NCBI GenBank assembly: GCA_024653355.1
Contig: JANLFQ010000001.1
Span: 576,576-640,575 of the forward strand
Origin: a candidate division WOR-3 bacterium
GTDB lineage: Bacteria > Hydrothermota > Tepidihabitantia > Tepidihabitantales > Tepidihabitantaceae
Reading direction: 5' to 3'
DNA length: 64,000 nucleotides
In this document: piece after piece, positions 60,983-64,000 of the stretch
Layout: each line of letters starts with the position of its first letter
How positions within the stretch are numbered: the first letter of the stretch is position 1
The notes under the pieces: model-generated
Database searches by the model: none
Told to the model about the DNA's origin: nothing
What the model saw: only the letters and a program-made list of their open reading frames with translations
Made by a program: the position numbers and the translations under genes

Positions 60983-61711
60983 TTATGCCCCCTTTTTCAT
61001 ATTCTCTTCTGTAAAGTAAGTGTCCTTAATCCCCACATCAATCTCAACATCAAGGAGTTTTAACTCGGTTATCGTACCCCGTGCCAGGTTGTCCAATCGC
61101 ACCGTTCGGGGAATCCAGACCTCATTTGCCTTTTGGAAATCGGCAAAAACTATACATTTTGCCACACGCCCGTCCCGGGCAATCTTTTCCAATCGTAATG
61201 GGAGAAACCGCTCCATCTCCACCCAGAGTCGGCTCCTTTCGCCATCCTGTTCCAGCGTAATAAGATAAGCCTTTACTCCGTTAAGTTCCACTTCATCCGC
61301 CTCCCCGGAGGCGACACTCGTTCCGAACGATATACTTGCCATCTCTTTATACGAAAAGTCTGACCCGCCAAAACTCTGGTCCGCAGCACTCCCGGAAATT
61401 CTCCTTACCCGGCCCTGCGCGGGCAGATAGACCCACATATTTTCCGGCGCTGTCGTAAGAAAACTCACTCCTCGTAACTCAGCAGGCGAAATAAAAGTCA
61501 CCAGCATCTTCTTGTCACCCTTCATCACCATCCGCAAGGTGCGCTCCTGCACCCTTTTACTTTTATCGGTTATCCGCATTACCGCTTTAACCCGGCGGTC
61601 CTGAGCTGTAGTGCTATTTCGTAACCGATTCAAAACCTCCTGGGCGCTCATTCCGTAAACCCCGATAAAAAGTCCGCCCAGAAGCAGCATTATTCTTTTT
61701 ATTTTACCCAT
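60983..61711 (-). CDS. outer-membrane lipoprotein-sorting (LolA-like/DUF1329-type) protein
   Basis: F.SPAELRGVSFL, WVYLPA..RVRRI, SFGGSDFSY. Confidence 0.85.
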   Translation of the reverse strand: MGKIKRIMLLLGGLFIGVYGMSAQEVLNRLRNSTTAQDRRVKAVMRITDKSKRVQERTLRMVMKGDKKMLVTFISPAELRGVSFLTTAPENMWVYLPAQGRVRRISGSAADQSFGGSDFSYKEMASISFGTSVASGEADEVELNGVKAYLITLEQDGERSRLWVEMERFLPLRLEKIARDGRVAKCIVFADFQKANEVWIPRTVRLDNLARGTITELKLLDVEIDVGIKDTYFTEENMKKGA

Positions 61712-63980
61712 TCTGACCTCCTTTTATATTGCTTTTATCTCTAAATCCAACGAAAATTGCCGGTAACAAGACCAGCGCACCGATGCCGGATAGAAACATC
61801 GCACCGGCAATCAGAAGCCCGAACTTCTGAATTATCACCAGAGAAGCAAACGCCAGCACTGCAAAACCAAGGCCAACTGCCAGGGCATTGATGATAACCG
61901 GTGGTCCAACACCCGCAAGGGTACGGCGCAGGCACTCCTTACGGTCAACGCCGTTTCCGCTTTCCTCCTGAAAACGGCCGAGAAAATGACAGGAGTAATC
62001 AATCCCAATCCCTAAGGCGATTGCCCCGAGCATTGCAGTGACGATATCAACCTCAATACCCAGCACGCCCATAACCCCAAAGGCAACCGTTAAAGTAAAG
62101 CCAATGGGAACCATCCCTGCCAATCCAAAACGCACCGAGCGGAAAGAAGCGGCGATAATAACAAATACGGCAAGAAATGCCACGATAATGCTCCATAACT
62201 GGCTTGTGGCAATCCCTCGATGCAAGGCGTAAACCGCCAGAGGCATCCCACCCAGCTCAACCTTCACATCAGAACCGAAGTTTCGCTTAATCAAATTACG
62301 AATCTCTATCACCGCCTTGCCAATCTCGCTACTCCTCTCCTGACTAAACTGGGCGGCAATCCTTGCCCGGGCGTAATCACTCGTAACCATACTAGCCAGA
62401 TAGTCCGAACCGGAGAAAGAAAGTAATAACAAAAATTGCGCAACACCATCTCTCGTATCAGGAATCACCTCAAACTTCGGGTCGTCGCCATGAAACGCCC
62501 GATTGGCTTTTTTTAACACCTCAACAATCGAAGTGACATGAGTAACATACTGCACCTGTTTTAATTCGTTGGTAAATTTCTCCATTTGCCGCAAAACCGC
62601 CGGATCCTGAATGTCGCCCTCAACAATAATCTCAAATTGCAATTCTCCACCAAACTGTTCATTGACAATTTTCGCTGCCCGGGTTGGACTGGAATTGGGC
62701 TTGAAATAGCGGACAAAATCGGTCTCGGGTTTCACTTTCACACCCCAAAATAGCGAGCCAATCATAATAATAGCGGCACAAATAAGTACCGGTATGCGAC
62801 CACGCCCAATCCAATCTGCCCACCTTTCAAAAATTGAACCTCTACCTTTCAACATCCTTGTCGGTAGCCCGATGTGACACCTTATTCTCCGTTCCAGCAA
62901 AACAAGCAACGCGGGCAAAAACACTACCGCCAAAATGAAGGAAAATATCACGCCCACCACAGAGAAAATTGCAAAAGCACGAATCGCATTAATTCTCATC
63001 ACCATATTTGCGCCAAATCCGACAACCGTTGTTGCCATCGCCAGAAACACAGGCATTCCGGTATTACCCACGACCGCCTGAACAAGTTCCCGACCACATA
63101 TGCCCTTCCGCCTTTCCTGAATCCAGCGTTCTACGATATGAATGCCATATGCACTGCCCACCGAAAGCAACACCGGAGGTAAAACTATCAAAACCACAGT
63201 CAAAGGTTGTCCGCTCAAACCAATAACCCCCAAAGTCCATAGCACCGCAATGCCAACGGTCAGTAAAGGTAGAACCACCCCACGCCAGTTACGAAACAGA
63301 AAGACAAACACCAGCACCAGTACAAGCACAACCAGCGGAATGAGTCGGGTCAGGTCCTGCATCATCCAGTCGCGCATAAATTTCATCAGAGCGGCGGAAC
63401 CCGTCAGCGACACCTGGGTGCCACGCCATTTTTTCTGTACCTCCTTTTCAATCTCCTGTACTGCTAACAACTTGTCAACGCCAGGTCTCAACCGAACAAG
63501 CAACAGCATGCTGTTACCATCCTCGGCAAGCAATCTTCCCCGATACCGCTCATCGCTTAAAAGCCGTTCCCGTAGTTTCTTTAACCCTGTTTCACTCGAA
63601 GGTATCGATTCAATCACCCGGGATATTATCACCTCCTCACTTACTCCAACGACATCCTGAAGATTGGTGAGCGCTACTACTTCGTTTACCGCTGGCAGCC
63701 CTTCAAGACCTTGCACCAGACTGTCTAACTGCATCAACCTGCCGGGCGCAAATAAATTATCTGTTTCCACCAGCACCACCACCTGGTCGGAACCACCGAA
63801 ATCATCGTCCACAACTTTTAACACCCTAACTCCAGGCTCATTCTCGGGCAAAAGTTGTATTACATCGGCTTCAATCCTCAAACGGCGCAGAAAAAACCCC
63901 GCCCCCACTGTCAAAAGACAAACGCCTAAAACAACCCACCCCGGGTATTTAATAACCAATCGGCTTATTTGCTGCATCAT
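61704..63980 (-). CDS. RND/MMPL family transporter
   Basis: Two repeats of periplasmic domain + TM block; GSAYGIH, GIGIDYSCHF. Confidence 0.9.
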   Translation of the reverse strand: MMQQISRLVIKYPGWVVLGVCLLTVGAGFFLRRLRIEADVIQLLPENEPGVRVLKVVDDDFGGSDQVVVLVETDNLFAPGRLMQLDSLVQGLEGLPAVNEVVALTNLQDVVGVSEEVIISRVIESIPSSETGLKKLRERLLSDERYRGRLLAEDGNSMLLLVRLRPGVDKLLAVQEIEKEVQKKWRGTQVSLTGSAALMKFMRDWMMQDLTRLIPLVVLVLVLVFVFLFRNWRGVVLPLLTVGIAVLWTLGVIGLSGQPLTVVLIVLPPVLLSVGSAYGIHIVERWIQERRKGICGRELVQAVVGNTGMPVFLAMATTVVGFGANMVMRINAIRAFAIFSVVGVIFSFILAVVFLPALLVLLERRIRCHIGLPTRMLKGRGSIFERWADWIGRGRIPVLICAAIIMIGSLFWGVKVKPETDFVRYFKPNSSPTRAAKIVNEQFGGELQFEIIVEGDIQDPAVLRQMEKFTNELKQVQYVTHVTSIVEVLKKANRAFHGDDPKFEVIPDTRDGVAQFLLLLSFSGSDYLASMVTSDYARARIAAQFSQERSSEIGKAVIEIRNLIKRNFGSDVKVELGGMPLAVYALHRGIATSQLWSIIVAFLAVFVIIAASFRSVRFGLAGMVPIGFTLTVAFGVMGVLGIEVDIVTAMLGAIALGIGIDYSCHFLGRFQEESGNGVDRKECLRRTLAGVGPPVIINALAVGLGFAVLAFASLVIIQKFGLLIAGAMFLSGIGALVLLPAIFVGFRDKSNIKGGQNG

Positions 63981-64000
63981 GAAGACATTCCTTTAACCCG

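Overview
Mostly housekeeping chromosome of an anaerobic diderm bacterium, probably FCB-group or candidate division WOR-3-like (inferred from the T9SS PorU/PorV pair, several T9SS C-terminal-domain cargo proteins and rnfCDGEAB). It holds about 52 CDS, tRNA-Sec (selC, 30823-30917, minus) and tRNA-Gln(CTG). I found no CRISPR array, prophage or IS. The main finding is a candidate selenium locus. The ORF track splits one gene into 33515-34735 and 35006-35722, but it is a single frame broken only by an in-frame TGA (34733-34735), followed by a SECIS-like hairpin. Read-through gives a 735-aa signal-peptide + BNR/Asp-box beta-propeller + T9SS-CTD protein with Sec407, i.e. a putative T9SS-secreted selenoprotein whose secretion signal is made only if UGA is recoded. 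It lies divergent from an SBBP-propeller T9SS cargo gene, selC and an anion-porin-like gene. Other signals: about 21 of 25 visible sigma70-type promoters have a 16-bp spacer; many genes look leaderless; three long intergenic gaps carry degenerate 12-bp-period tracts; there is an unannotated 55-aa gene; and a structured leader carries a C-x-x-UGA uORF. All calls are by eye; no database searches were run.
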